Shown piece by piece: positions 50,843 through 62,094 of a DNA stretch of 64,000 bases. The position numbers and the translations under genes were made by a program. A model generated the notes under the pieces. The model was not told where the DNA came from and searched no databases. It saw only the letters and a program-made list of their open reading frames with translations. The number at the start of each line of letters is the position of its first letter. Positions within the stretch are counted from its first letter, which is position 1. Location: NCBI GenBank assembly GCA_030603385.1, contig JAUVXW010000005.1, positions 92,568-156,567 of the forward strand, in the 5' to 3' direction. This DNA comes from Promethearchaeota archaeon (lineage in GTDB: Archaea > Asgardarchaeota > Lokiarchaeia > Sigyniarchaeales > SOKP01).

Positions 50843-53800
50843 TTATTCTACACCTCCTTTAAGATCTTTAAATTCCCCTGTCGTTTCGGGTAAAGTTTTC
50901 TTTTTCTTACCCTCTAAACCTAATACTTTCTGCAAGGATAACCCAAGCATTTCCCATCTGTCTCCTAATCTTTTTACCATGTATTCTTCCTTTGAAGGAT
51001 ACAGTAGTGAATCTGAGATAGACTTTTTACCTTTGATGTCTTTCTTCATTTTCTTCGCTTTTTTAACGAATGTAGGTATTCTAGCTTGTTGTACTGTCCG
51101 ATAAATAGCTAAACTTGCAGTCACAGCGACAATAGCACCGATAATCATTAAGAGGTAGAAGGTTGGGAATCCGAATGTTTCATGCATGTTAACAACAATT
51201 GTTATTGGCTTTGTTAAAGTAGAGAAATATTGCATTTCAATAGTAAGTGTTGCAGTAAATGTTGCAGGAATAAAGAACGCATCAGCGATTTTAGGAAAAT
51301 CTACTAAGGTATATGTTCCATCTCCATTATCTTCAAAATCATAAGTAGTTTCTTTAAAGGTGATAGATACATTTGCTCCGATAACTGGTACTGAACTATT
51401 TAGATCCGATAGTATCAATGTAAATCGTAATGACTCTCCTGATTCTACTTCAGTTTTTTTTGAAATGGTTCCTTTAAATTCATCTGGCCATTCAATATGA
51501 AAATTTCTTTTTTGAATGGTTAAAGAAATTATAGCAATTCGATGTTCATAATTTAGCTTATCTAAAGTCACTATTATTGAATATTCCCCATCAAGACGAG
51601 TCCTTGTATCAAGATCTAAGACAAATTTATTACCTACTGTTTCAACTAATTCTCCAGTTTCCGTCGTGCCTGGAATGGGCTCTCCATTTTCAAGTTTTTG
51701 TAAAAGATAACTTTGCTCATCTAAATTAGAAATTGGATTTGTACTAAATACGTCTGTATATTCAAATGTAAAAATAATTTCTTCAAAAATAAGAATATCT
51801 TCAGAAATATACAGTAACCCAGAAGATTCATTTATCTTTGTTGGTCTTGAGATAATATTAACATATATGAAACTTTCAATTTTCGAATAGTTTTCATAGC
51901 TTGCAGTTATATCAAATCTATATTTCCCAACATTTGTAGCGAGGGAAGTATCTATACCAAAGGTATAATATTCCGCTATCGGACCAGGTTCTAGCGAACC
52001 TGAACCATAATCCCACTCGTAAGTGAATGTGTCAGGTGCTAAAGCTGTGTTTGTTATATTGTCAAAAAATCTTGCTGATATATTGACGAAGTACCCATAA
52101 TAATCTGAAATTTCATAATCGAGTCCTATATTTTTAGGTAATTCATTAGGCATTGAAGTGTAATTGTGTAATGTTAGACCTGTAGGTTTAGCGTATAAAG
52201 TAAATCCAAAATATACTACCTCAGGATCATTCCAAAATGCTTTATACCCAGAAACCAATACGTAATAGAATTCAGAAACATCTCCGGCAGAAAGAAAATT
52301 TGAGTTTATTGTTATGGTAAAGTTACCTGTCGGCCCTGATGCATGAGTCATTGGCTGCTCAAAAATTGTTTGTCCAAATTTCGTATATACTGTCCAGGTT
52401 GCTGATGTTACAGAGGCATTTCGGTACCAATCACCGTACCAGTTTTCTCCCCCATCATCTGAAGTTTCATAAAAAACCCAGAAAGACATATTTTCACCCC
52501 AATTTACGGTAGAATCCCCATCATATGATGTAAAATTAGCTATTCTATCCGTAAAGTTCAAGTCTAATTGAAATACAAGAGAAGATGCCTGATCTAATGA
52601 ATAGTTATACCATGTAGTATAACCTGGAGGTTTGGGTTTATCTGAAGTGTTGACTATAAAGGTTTGTTGTAAACTAACAATCCATAACGTAAAGTTATAA
52701 GTCTGTCCGGTTTTATACCAAAATCCAAATTCTTTAGTCAGATCTCCATATGCGTATCCCGTAGTATCTGTTTCCAAATCAACTATACCCGTTCCCATTG
52801 TATCTTCAACTTTTATAGTAACTCCTGTTACAGTTTCCATACCTGTGCTGTCTATTACTAGTATATCTAATTTAGACATAGCTACTGTTATATTTTCCTG
52901 ATAGATCCCTTGACCTAGACGATTAATAACACTTTCATTTAAAGGAGTAGGATTTTGTACTATGTAGTCTTCATTATCATAGAATAATGTATAATTATAA
53001 CTTGATTGGTTTATCCAACGAAAAGTTGCTGCCCCATTGGAATCTAAGATAAGTTTTTCTAGTACTTCGCTGCTCCCAGCACTAACATTTATGTACCCAT
53101 AATTGAATGGATCTCCATCCAAATCATCAACTTCAAAATCTATTGTCCATAAGTCAGCAATTACAGTAGTGTCCACAAATAAGCCTTTAAATTCTAATTC
53201 ACCGCCAACTGCACTACTATCATATACAACATTTTCATATAAACCAGAAATTAATGTATAATTGACAGTTATATTATATTTACCAAATATAACTCTACTA
53301 AAAACAGCTTCCCCATTTGAATCAGTTAGAATAGAGGTGATACCACTCATATTTAATATTTGAGTACCGTTCCATAACGCTACTTCTGCGCCAGGAACTA
53401 GTCTATCATCAACATCTTTAACAGTGATTGTTACTGTAGCAGCGCGCTCAACTTCACCAAGTAAATCTATGTCTAATGGATAAGAATTTGCTAACCACTC
53501 TATTTCGTTATCTGAAAGTGCATAATCAAAATACCTAACATCATCTAAAGCCCCCTCAAAATAATGATTATTTCTTGCACCATTCCAAGTAGTTGCTTCA
53601 GAACCATCTCCTATAAAACCAAATCTAGTCTGACCGACATCTCCAACTGGTATTAAATTCCAAGTGTTCACTTGTGCATCCAATGAACCATCCACATAAA
53701 CTTTTTTATCAAACTCCAATGAATAATCGAACGTTACTACGCAATGATGCCAAGCAGCAGGAATATCTTCATCAATATTTGTACTCCCAGTAAAATCATT

Positions 53801-54718
53801 AGTACCCCCATTATATGAAGTATCGAATTCAACATGACCATCAGTTGCTCGATATCCTGGAGTTCCAGCAGCGAAGGTAAAATACTCAGATCTATCAAAG
53901 TCAAGTATGGACCATCCCCCCAGATTTAATCCTATTTTCACCCAAGCTGAAGCTGTGAATTGATAAATAGGTCCTGTTAGAGTAGTAGCTTGATAAGCAG
54001 CATCAGGAGAATTAAATGACATATTTAATGCAATAAATTCATTTCCACCATCAAAATTAAGTGCATAATCTCCTTGAACTCCCTGAATATAATTGTTATC
54101 ATCCATATTTACAAAAGTTCCGTGATATTTATCGCCTATCGAATCATATGCCATAGTTCCAGAACCTTCTTCGAATTCCCATCTAGCAATGCCATCTGGG
54201 CAGTTATCCATGTAATAACTTGTAGCAGGGCCCACAGTACTGTTTCCATAATAGAGAAATGTGTCATATTCTATAGATCCTGCGGTAGAGTTTGACTCAA
54301 ACCAGACAGTTGCCAGATCTGTGCTTGAAAAATCTTTTTTTATGTAATAATTTCTTAAAATTCCATTTTCCACAATTCTAATGTCATCTAAATCATCTTG
54401 CAAATGCCCAGAATCATATAAGTTTTTCCAATTAAATTGAATTTTAATTATATTATCAGTTAGATTATAATCTCCCGGATTCGTAATGTTAATGCATTGT
54501 CTCCATTGATAAGATACATTCCACCAAGAATCTTCACCAATCCCATTACTTAAAACTGGTAGTATAAATCCTCCTTTGTCAGTATCCATTTCATCATTAA
54601 TATTATTCACTGAATTACTAGGAATTAATGGAATAACAAGCAAAACTGAACTTACCGTTAGGATCAACAAGAAACATATTGATATCCTTTGTTTAAACTT
54701 ATTATGTCTCGTTATCAT
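50843..54718 (-). CDS. large cell-surface protein: DUF2341 + LamG + Ig-like repeats + TM + cytoplasmic tail
   Basis: N-terminal hydrophobic segment, WWNVSYQWRQCINITN/DDIRIV, WHHCVVTFD...YVDG...GALDDVR, many N-x-S/T sequons, C-terminal TM. Confidence 0.8.
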   Translation of the reverse strand: MITRHNKFKQRISICFLLILTVSSVLLVIPLIPSNSVNNINDEMDTDKGGFILPVLSNGIGEDSWWNVSYQWRQCINITNPGDYNLTDNIIKIQFNWKNLYDSGHLQDDLDDIRIVENGILRNYYIKKDFSSTDLATVWFESNSTAGSIEYDTFLYYGNSTVGPATSYYMDNCPDGIARWEFEEGSGTMAYDSIGDKYHGTFVNMDDNNYIQGVQGDYALNFDGGNEFIALNMSFNSPDAAYQATTLTGPIYQFTASAWVKIGLNLGGWSILDFDRSEYFTFAAGTPGYRATDGHVEFDTSYNGGTNDFTGSTNIDEDIPAAWHHCVVTFDYSLEFDKKVYVDGSLDAQVNTWNLIPVGDVGQTRFGFIGDGSEATTWNGARNNHYFEGALDDVRYFDYALSDNEIEWLANSYPLDIDLLGEVERAATVTITVKDVDDRLVPGAEVALWNGTQILNMSGITSILTDSNGEAVFSRVIFGKYNITVNYTLISGLYENVVYDSSAVGGELEFKGLFVDTTVIADLWTIDFEVDDLDGDPFNYGYINVSAGSSEVLEKLILDSNGAATFRWINQSSYNYTLFYDNEDYIVQNPTPLNESVINRLGQGIYQENITVAMSKLDILVIDSTGMETVTGVTIKVEDTMGTGIVDLETDTTGYAYGDLTKEFGFWYKTGQTYNFTLWIVSLQQTFIVNTSDKPKPPGYTTWYNYSLDQASSLVFQLDLNFTDRIANFTSYDGDSTVNWGENMSFWVFYETSDDGGENWYGDWYRNASVTSATWTVYTKFGQTIFEQPMTHASGPTGNFTITINSNFLSAGDVSEFYYVLVSGYKAFWNDPEVVYFGFTLYAKPTGLTLHNYTSMPNELPKNIGLDYEISDYYGYFVNISARFFDNITNTALAPDTFTYEWDYGSGSLEPGPIAEYYTFGIDTSLATNVGKYRFDITASYENYSKIESFIYVNIISRPTKINESSGLLYISEDILIFEEIIFTFEYTDVFSTNPISNLDEQSYLLQKLENGEPIPGTTETGELVETVGNKFVLDLDTRTRLDGEYSIIVTLDKLNYEHRIAIISLTIQKRNFHIEWPDEFKGTISKKTEVESGESLRFTLILSDLNSSVPVIGANVSITFKETTYDFEDNGDGTYTLVDFPKIADAFFIPATFTATLTIEMQYFSTLTKPITIVVNMHETFGFPTFYLLMIIGAIVAVTASLAIYRTVQQARIPTFVKKAKKMKKDIKGKKSISDSLLYPSKEEYMVKRLGDRWEMLGLSLQKVLGLEGKKKKTLPETTGEFKDLKGGVE

Positions 54719-55313
54719 TTTTATTTCATTCGTTTTTAATTTAAATTTAGTTATATTATTGATTTTTTAAATAAAGGTTTTCAATAATAATACTAATTTT
54801 TGTATTTAATTTTTTATCTTTGTGTCAATAATTGATTTTGCATATCAATCTTAGAATTGTTATTTTCTCTTTAGCATTTTTATGCATTAGTGGACAAAAT
54901 ATTCTATAATTACTATTAAATTTTATATAACAATATTAAGATTTTTGCTGCAAAAACGTTTAATTTCGCTTTAATCATCAAAAATTTGGATAAAAAACCT
55001 CAGATTCTTCTATTTTTAAAAAATTCCTGAATGTAAAATTAATCGTTTTAAATGAAATAAACCAACTCTGTTATTAAGTATGAAGAATCTAAGTTTTGAT
55101 ATAACTATCAAAAAGAATTTATAATGTATTTTTACTTTGAATAGTTTAACTACTTCTACCCCTATATCACACGTTTTCTAATTCCTAAAGATTTAAATAT
55201 TTTAATTTAGATTGAAGATTCAAGAAATAATTTCAAAATTTTATGTTTTCTAAATAAATGGAAAATTAGCTTTTCTTTAGACTCATGATTTCATAATATA
55301 GAGGTACTAAAAC

Positions 55314-56348
55314 ATGTTAAGACAAGTCTACATTTTGAAAGACGATACAATATTGTACAACAAGAATTTCGGAAAATCAATGTCAATAGAAGATTTTCAA
55401 AAACTTTGTCAAGAGATTGTTGAAGAAGCTGAAAAAGGAACAAACTTAGACAGCTACGACTTTTTCAAATATAAAATCGTATATTCACGAGTGAAAGATG
55501 AAGGATTGATGTTCATATTCATTACTGATATAAACGATGAAATAAGGAGGTCTAAGGATGAGTTGGAAAAATTAAAAAAAGAATTTTTAGAAACGTTTGG
55601 AGATAGCTTAGAGAATTTGGATCCCGCACTTATGGAGATATTAGACCCTATAATAGATACAACACATAGAAATCTTAAAACAAAAATATCTTTAGTGGGA
55701 TTTTCAGGGGTAGGGAAAACAACAACAACTAAATTAATCTGTGCTGATGAAATTCCTTCAGTTCATATTCCTACTATCACTGGGAAAATCTCAACTGTTA
55801 AAATAGGAAAACTCTATTTCCATCTATGGGATTTTGCGGGACAAGAACAATTTAGTTATTTATGGAATGATTTTATTCTTGGTAGTGATGCTGTACTTAT
55901 ACTAACAGATTCCACATTAGAAAATGTAGAAAAAAGTAGATTTTTTATTGAGTTAGTGAAAGAACATGCTCCTTATGCTCATACCGCTATAATTGGGAAT
56001 AAACAAGATTTACCTGAGGCCTTAAGCATTGAAAAAATTCAAGAGATTTTAGGTTTAAAAACTTATTCAATGGTTGCAATAGATTCAGAAAACCGCGTTA
56101 AAATGATACAGATTGTTGCAGATATTTTAGAAATTAGTACTGATGCATCACCATTGTTAAAACCCTTATTTGAAAGAGATCAGCTAATTAATAAGGCAAG
56201 AACTTGTTTGGAAAATGGTGATATAGCCCAAACTGCGGATATTTTCGAAAAAATATCAGATTTATGTCTTGAATTAGGAGATGATTTCCTTTACAAGGAG
56301 TTTTATGAGAAAGCAAAAAAATTGAAGGGTTATTTAACAAATCTATAG
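55314..56348 (+). CDS. small GTPase (Arf/Rab-like) with N-terminal longin-like and C-terminal helical domains
   Basis: G1 GFSGVGKTT, G2 PTIT, G3 WDFAGQE, G4 NKQD. Confidence 0.9.
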   Translation: MLRQVYILKDDTILYNKNFGKSMSIEDFQKLCQEIVEEAEKGTNLDSYDFFKYKIVYSRVKDEGLMFIFITDINDEIRRSKDELEKLKKEFLETFGDSLENLDPALMEILDPIIDTTHRNLKTKISLVGFSGVGKTTTTKLICADEIPSVHIPTITGKISTVKIGKLYFHLWDFAGQEQFSYLWNDFILGSDAVLILTDSTLENVEKSRFFIELVKEHAPYAHTAIIGNKQDLPEALSIEKIQEILGLKTYSMVAIDSENRVKMIQIVADILEISTDASPLLKPLFERDQLINKARTCLENGDIAQTADIFEKISDLCLELGDDFLYKEFYEKAKKLKGYLTNL

Positions 56349-56431
56349 TATAAAATTCTTTTATACGACTAGAATCTCTCCATAAATTAAGACTAATAAA
56401 AAAAAATAATAAATAAATATTAAAAATAGAT

Positions 56432-57541
56432 TTAATCTTCTTTTTCTTCTACTTGAATTTTAGTTGGTCGGTAGGTATCATCAAGTACATTTAGATATTC
56501 AATTAGAACTCCATTTGATTTTGATTTTACTCCATATTGATAAATTATTGTTTTTAACATGTATTTAGGGTATATCAAAGAATTATGAAAGTCTGTAAGT
56601 AACGCGTAATATTCGTTTCCTTTAGCATCCTGAAAAACATGTATCATCTGATTATCCCATAATTTCTTTAATCCGCTATCGATGTCGTCAACTCCTTTTT
56701 TTCTAAGTTTCTCCAAGACATTTTTTGTGACTATTGAGATTCTAAGTAATTTCAAAATTTCATAAACTTGAGGATCCGCTATTACATCCTCTAGAATTTT
56801 AAGATTGTCGTCATCTGATGGGCGATATTTTTGGAAGAATTTCCTAACTGTTACATTGTATTCCTCTGCAAATTTTTCAGGCAGTCCTCGTTCAGAAGGA
56901 TTTTTAAGTAAGTTAATTGGCGGCCTTCGAATCATAAATAAATCATTTATAAGAAAGATTAATTCTGATGGCATACCTTTAACGGATGCTTCTTTTATTA
57001 TTTCTTTTTTAATTAATTCCATAAGAATAGCATCCACATCGAAAAAACCCTCTCTATATTGGTCTTTTAACCAGATTTTCAATTCTGATTTTGTTATTAC
57101 GCCTTCTTCTCTTAACCTGTTTATAATTAACCTATTCACATTATCAAGGTATGTAATAGCTAAACTTTGCTCTTCATTTAAATGAGGATATGTTGATAAC
57201 CTTTGGAATAAGAATGGGATCATTTCTAAATACACTTTATCTTCATAGTTTTGGAAAATCACGCGTGAAATATCAGATAATCCCCCTTCATATGTATCAG
57301 CATCTTCATCCAAATTCAAGAGCAGAATAATATATAGAGGTTTTTCTCTTCCAGTGTAATATGAAGCAATATTTAATGGCCCTACTAGTAAACTAATCAT
57401 TCCCGGTTCCCCTGTATATTCATGTGCTGCATATATTTGCATTAATGTTTCCTCACTTATCACAAGTTCATCAGGATATTTTGCAAGAATCTCTGTGCTT
57501 ACTTTAATATCCCATCTCATTATTACTAATCCAATTGGCAT
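56432..57541 (-). CDS. longin/uDENN-like domain protein (paralog B)
   Basis: MPIGLVIMRWD...ILAKYP; collinear with 49727-50842. Confidence 0.55.
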   Translation of the reverse strand: MPIGLVIMRWDIKVSTEILAKYPDELVISEETLMQIYAAHEYTGEPGMISLLVGPLNIASYYTGREKPLYIILLLNLDEDADTYEGGLSDISRVIFQNYEDKVYLEMIPFLFQRLSTYPHLNEEQSLAITYLDNVNRLIINRLREEGVITKSELKIWLKDQYREGFFDVDAILMELIKKEIIKEASVKGMPSELIFLINDLFMIRRPPINLLKNPSERGLPEKFAEEYNVTVRKFFQKYRPSDDDNLKILEDVIADPQVYEILKLLRISIVTKNVLEKLRKKGVDDIDSGLKKLWDNQMIHVFQDAKGNEYYALLTDFHNSLIYPKYMLKTIIYQYGVKSKSNGVLIEYLNVLDDTYRPTKIQVEEKED

Positions 57542-60500
57542 TAGACCCTTTCACCTCCTTCTTTACTAATCTTGTCTTTTATTGGTGATTTCTTGGTTTT
57601 TAAATCTTGTATTCCTAATGCTTCATCGATTGAAAGACCGAGTTCCTTCCAGTCATTTCCAAATAGTTTTGCTGTCATTTCTTCTTTTGTCGGAATTGAA
57701 AGTGTCTCTGAGATTTTCTTCTTTGATTTTATGTAGCCTTTGATTTTCCTGATTTTCTTAACATGTTTAGGAATTCTTGCTTGTTGTATGACTCTATATC
57801 CAACAAGACTTCCTACTACACCAATTACTGATGCAGTAATCAGAATGAAGTAGAATGCTGGCATTCCGGGAAATATTTCCTCCATCTCCACTGTAATAGT
57901 AATTGTAATTTCCTGCTTAGTGAAGTTAGCAGCTTCAATGTAAATTTTACCTACATATGTTCTTGCGGTAATAAATGTGTCAATATGACGTGTTTCTAAT
58001 GTTAAAATATATGTACCATTTACATTTAGATCCGGATTAAAATCATGATCAATACCTCTGAAATTGAGTTTAACTATTGCGTTTACTAATTCCACATCTC
58101 TAGTTTCATCCCATAAACTGATCTCAAAATCAATATCAGTTCCTTGTTCTATCTTGATTTGGTTGTTGCTTCCAAGTTGAGGAGTGTCAATTGTAGGAAC
58201 AAACGTTCTCAAGTTTATCACTAAATTAATAAAGGCGTTTTTTTGAACATAGTTCTCTTTTTTTAGTGTAACATACAAGAAATAGTAACCAACTGGTTTT
58301 AGTTCCGTTCTAAAATCTAGAGTATAAGTGTTATCTAAATTTTGATTTAATATTCCAGAACCGAAACTACCAGCAACTTTCGTTCCATTTTCATATAATT
58401 CCTCCCAAACAAAGGTAGCTATATTTAAATCACCAATAGTGTCATTCTTGATAAAATCTCGATAGTCAAAATCAAAATATTCTGGAACTTGAACATATAT
58501 AGGTGAGCTAATATAGACTAAATCTGCTATTTCGTTATTTAGTGTTGTTCTTCTTTCCAAAATATTAAGATAAACCAGAAAATCGGATTGCGTTTTGTAA
58601 TTTTCGAGAGACGCTTTAATACTAATTATCTTTAAACCAGAGCTCTGTGCATCGGCGGTATTAATTGTGAATGTATAATAATCACTATTTTGAGAATCAG
58701 AAAAGAAATTAACTGGATTAAGACCGATCCATTCATAACTTAGAAGTGCACTAGGTATGGGAGTTCCGGACTCATCAATTGAATATCTAACAGTGATATT
58801 TATAATATCATCATAATAGGCAGAATATGTTTTTGCTGGTAATTCCGCATATGAATCATAATCATGTGCGCTAATTGTAGTTGGTATAGCTTTTATTTTT
58901 ATCAGAAAGTTATGAGTACTTGGTTCGGGGTATCCTGGATATAGCCCTTCAATAGCAACCGTGTAGAATTTCGCGTCTCCTCCGGCTGAAAAACTACTTG
59001 AATCAACAGTTTTAGTAAAATTTCCATCCCCCGTGCCTGGTCCTAATTCTTCTGAATATTGAATTATATCTTCTCCTGCTTCCCTAATATATAACATACA
59101 ACTTGCGCTAGGATCTGTTATAGGATTCCAAGTATCCCCATTATCTTCAGTTATATAAAAACTTATTGAAAAGCTCATATCTTGACCCCATTGAATCTCT
59201 GCTGTACCAGAAGCGTTAAAGAATGAAGTAACATAACTGGTAATATTAGGTGTGAATATTTTAAAAATGAGATTAAATTCAATTGAAGATCCTCCATATA
59301 GTGTATAATTGTACCACTTAACACCATCACTGTCTGTAGGATGCCATTGATAAGGAGTTATATCAGTTACATTGAAATCTACATTAGTAACGTTGAGAGA
59401 ATTTATTGAAATATTGTATGATCGATCTTTTAGAAACCAAAATGGTAAATCGGTAATTGTTGTATAAGCATATCCGTCTCTATCTAAACGTGAAGTTAGG
59501 TTAACGATTGGTTGCTGGGTTTTGTTATCTAACACCTTTATTAAAGCAGGATAGGGAACTTTTACACCACTTTCATCTTTTATTACTCGTATATTTAATC
59601 TAGCTAAATGAGTTCGGTTGAATATGTACCAAGTTTCAGTTGTTTTTATATCAATGAGACCATCACATCGAGTAAAATTGATTCCATTAATTTTGAGTAA
59701 AAAACCATAAATTTCGTATTGTTCACTCTCCAACTTAGCATTTTCTATACTAGGAATGTCTAATTCGATGATATCACTATCTTCACCAGGACTATAACCG
59801 TCTTCAAAATAAATTAGATTTTCATTACCAATACCAGTTGAATTATCTTTATCAACATAATATACAGATATATTCGTAAGCTGATTAACCATGTTAGTCA
59901 AAGAAATATTGATTTTAATTATTTTCTTATTTCCAAATTCGGTTCTTGAGCCATTGGTATAAAATAGTTCACTGACTGAATAACTATTTGCTCCTTGCGG
60001 TAAAGTGTTAGTATTATTTACCCATATTGTATGATCCCTGAACTTTTCTCCATCTCTTGCATAAAGACTTCTACTAATATAAGATTCGTTCAATAGAAAT
60101 CGATCACCTACATAATCCTTATTTTCATAATAAATTCTGAAGTAATAATCAGAGGTATTCAACCAACGAAAAGTTGCCTTTCCATTTTGATCCAATATCA
60201 ACGTGTCTAATAAGTCACCACCAAAACTTTCATTAATTTCAATATATCCTAAATTCAAAGGTATTCCATCCCAATCCACAACTTCGAAATCGATAGTCCA
60301 AAGATTTGAAGTTAATGTAATAGTATAACTTGTTCCATTTAATTCCACCATTTGGTGTCCTACTACCGCTTCTCTACTCCCTAATGTATAATTTGCAGTT
60401 ATATTATATTCTCCATTAAGTAATTGAGAAAAACTTATTGATCCATTAAATATTGAAGTGAATCCTGAAGCTACAACAGTGCTTGAAGTTTCATCAATTA

Positions 60501-61953
60501 TAATAATATGAGCATTAGGGACAATATTACCATCAACATCTCTTGCATTAATGGTAATATCCGATTTTCTTGCTTGAATTTCATTGATTGAAGTTGATAA
60601 TGTATAATTAAATTTAAGATCGTCCACTTGGAAAAATGCTGATTTCTCTTTTTTCAATGTATTTGACTCATCACCCCATACTCCAAGTTCAAAAAAGATT
60701 TCTTTCCCTTCATAAGTAGATATATCAAAATTAAGATAACCAGTTAAATCTCCGTCAATACCGCCTCCTGCTTCATCCGAGTAAGTATCTACTACCCCTC
60801 CATGCCCAGGATAATCTATTAATTCTGTCTCAACATCCCATTTTTTTGCTGGATTATTATAATAGCAATATCCATCATAAGCTTCAAGATAATTATCATA
60901 ATCAATCTGAATTATATCATTATCATCATGATTATCAGGATCTATATCATAAACAGTATCTGAGCCATTTAGAAGCCTAATAAAATACCCATCCTTATTT
61001 ATTGGTCCCATATTTTTCGGTCTTTCGAATCTATGTGTTCGAATATTACGATATACTATTAATGAAATATCACCCCCTTCTACAATTGGAACTTTGAATG
61101 GATACGAAAATAGCGTACCGGCATAATCACTAACAAGAGAATCTGGTAAAGTGTGATCTTCAGCACCAAATTTATAAGAATATGTACCCCTAGCGACCCT
61201 ATGACCCCCATCCAAATTGTCTTCTAATTTATTAACAAAATATTGATAACTGGTTGCTGAACTATTATTAGGACTAGGGTTAGGATTGTCATTGTACATT
61301 ATGGTGTCAACGGGATTGTGGGAGAAATACCACCCAAATGGTTCAAATTTATCACTTGAATCAATGTCTAACTCAAAATCACCATTTTTTACCCATCCAA
61401 AACTTTCAGTTGGTTGATCAGATTCGGCATTTGTAGCCGTTGGATTCCCAAAATATAAATAAGTATCAGTTTCGGTGGTGCTAGCAGACATATTCGTATC
61501 AAAAAATACTGTAGCATAATTTGTGGTAGGATAGTCTTTTACGATATAATAATTACGCAAAATTCCGCTTCCCCCTGCCATCTCGACAATTCTAATGTCA
61601 TCCAAATCAGATTGCATTTTACCTTCAGAAACCAAATCTGCATAATTAAAAGACACATTTACAGCATAATTTTTGATATTATACGGATATGGATTAGTAA
61701 CATTAATTAACATTCTATATTCATATGAAGAATCCCACCATGGAGCTTTTCCAAATATACTTAAAACAGGATTATTGAATGCTTCACCATTATTAAAATC
61801 ATCAATTATACTGTTTTTATCGTTTAAATTCTCTCCATCAGCCTTAAAATTAGAAAGAATCGCTGAATTAATTGCCGAAAAGCTTGTCAGCATTACTACT
61901 GAAAATATAATTAAAACTTTTAACCGAAAATTAAGCCTTTTTTTAGAAATCAT
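57541..61953 (-). CDS. large cell-surface protein: DUF2341 + variable domain + Ig-like repeats + TM + cytoplasmic tail
   Basis: WWDSSYEYRMLINVTNP/DDIRIV; LWTIDFEV and YR..QQARIP..VKK tail shared with 50843-54718. Confidence 0.8.
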   Translation of the reverse strand: MISKKRLNFRLKVLIIFSVVMLTSFSAINSAILSNFKADGENLNDKNSIIDDFNNGEAFNNPVLSIFGKAPWWDSSYEYRMLINVTNPYPYNIKNYAVNVSFNYADLVSEGKMQSDLDDIRIVEMAGGSGILRNYYIVKDYPTTNYATVFFDTNMSASTTETDTYLYFGNPTATNAESDQPTESFGWVKNGDFELDIDSSDKFEPFGWYFSHNPVDTIMYNDNPNPSPNNSSATSYQYFVNKLEDNLDGGHRVARGTYSYKFGAEDHTLPDSLVSDYAGTLFSYPFKVPIVEGGDISLIVYRNIRTHRFERPKNMGPINKDGYFIRLLNGSDTVYDIDPDNHDDNDIIQIDYDNYLEAYDGYCYYNNPAKKWDVETELIDYPGHGGVVDTYSDEAGGGIDGDLTGYLNFDISTYEGKEIFFELGVWGDESNTLKKEKSAFFQVDDLKFNYTLSTSINEIQARKSDITINARDVDGNIVPNAHIIIIDETSSTVVASGFTSIFNGSISFSQLLNGEYNITANYTLGSREAVVGHQMVELNGTSYTITLTSNLWTIDFEVVDWDGIPLNLGYIEINESFGGDLLDTLILDQNGKATFRWLNTSDYYFRIYYENKDYVGDRFLLNESYISRSLYARDGEKFRDHTIWVNNTNTLPQGANSYSVSELFYTNGSRTEFGNKKIIKINISLTNMVNQLTNISVYYVDKDNSTGIGNENLIYFEDGYSPGEDSDIIELDIPSIENAKLESEQYEIYGFLLKINGINFTRCDGLIDIKTTETWYIFNRTHLARLNIRVIKDESGVKVPYPALIKVLDNKTQQPIVNLTSRLDRDGYAYTTITDLPFWFLKDRSYNISINSLNVTNVDFNVTDITPYQWHPTDSDGVKWYNYTLYGGSSIEFNLIFKIFTPNITSYVTSFFNASGTAEIQWGQDMSFSISFYITEDNGDTWNPITDPSASCMLYIREAGEDIIQYSEELGPGTGDGNFTKTVDSSSFSAGGDAKFYTVAIEGLYPGYPEPSTHNFLIKIKAIPTTISAHDYDSYAELPAKTYSAYYDDIINITVRYSIDESGTPIPSALLSYEWIGLNPVNFFSDSQNSDYYTFTINTADAQSSGLKIISIKASLENYKTQSDFLVYLNILERRTTLNNEIADLVYISSPIYVQVPEYFDFDYRDFIKNDTIGDLNIATFVWEELYENGTKVAGSFGSGILNQNLDNTYTLDFRTELKPVGYYFLYVTLKKENYVQKNAFINLVINLRTFVPTIDTPQLGSNNQIKIEQGTDIDFEISLWDETRDVELVNAIVKLNFRGIDHDFNPDLNVNGTYILTLETRHIDTFITARTYVGKIYIEAANFTKQEITITITVEMEEIFPGMPAFYFILITASVIGVVGSLVGYRVIQQARIPKHVKKIRKIKGYIKSKKKISETLSIPTKEEMTAKLFGNDWKELGLSIDEALGIQDLKTKKSPIKDKISKEGGERV

Positions 61954-62094
61954 AAAATCATCTATGTGAATTTTAAATTTATAATTTAAATTTTTAAAGA
62001 TATTATAAGAGAAGTTAAATAAAATATTATGCTTAATGATAAACCCTCATGAAATAATTGAATGATAATCCATCCGTTTTTCACGTAATTAAAT

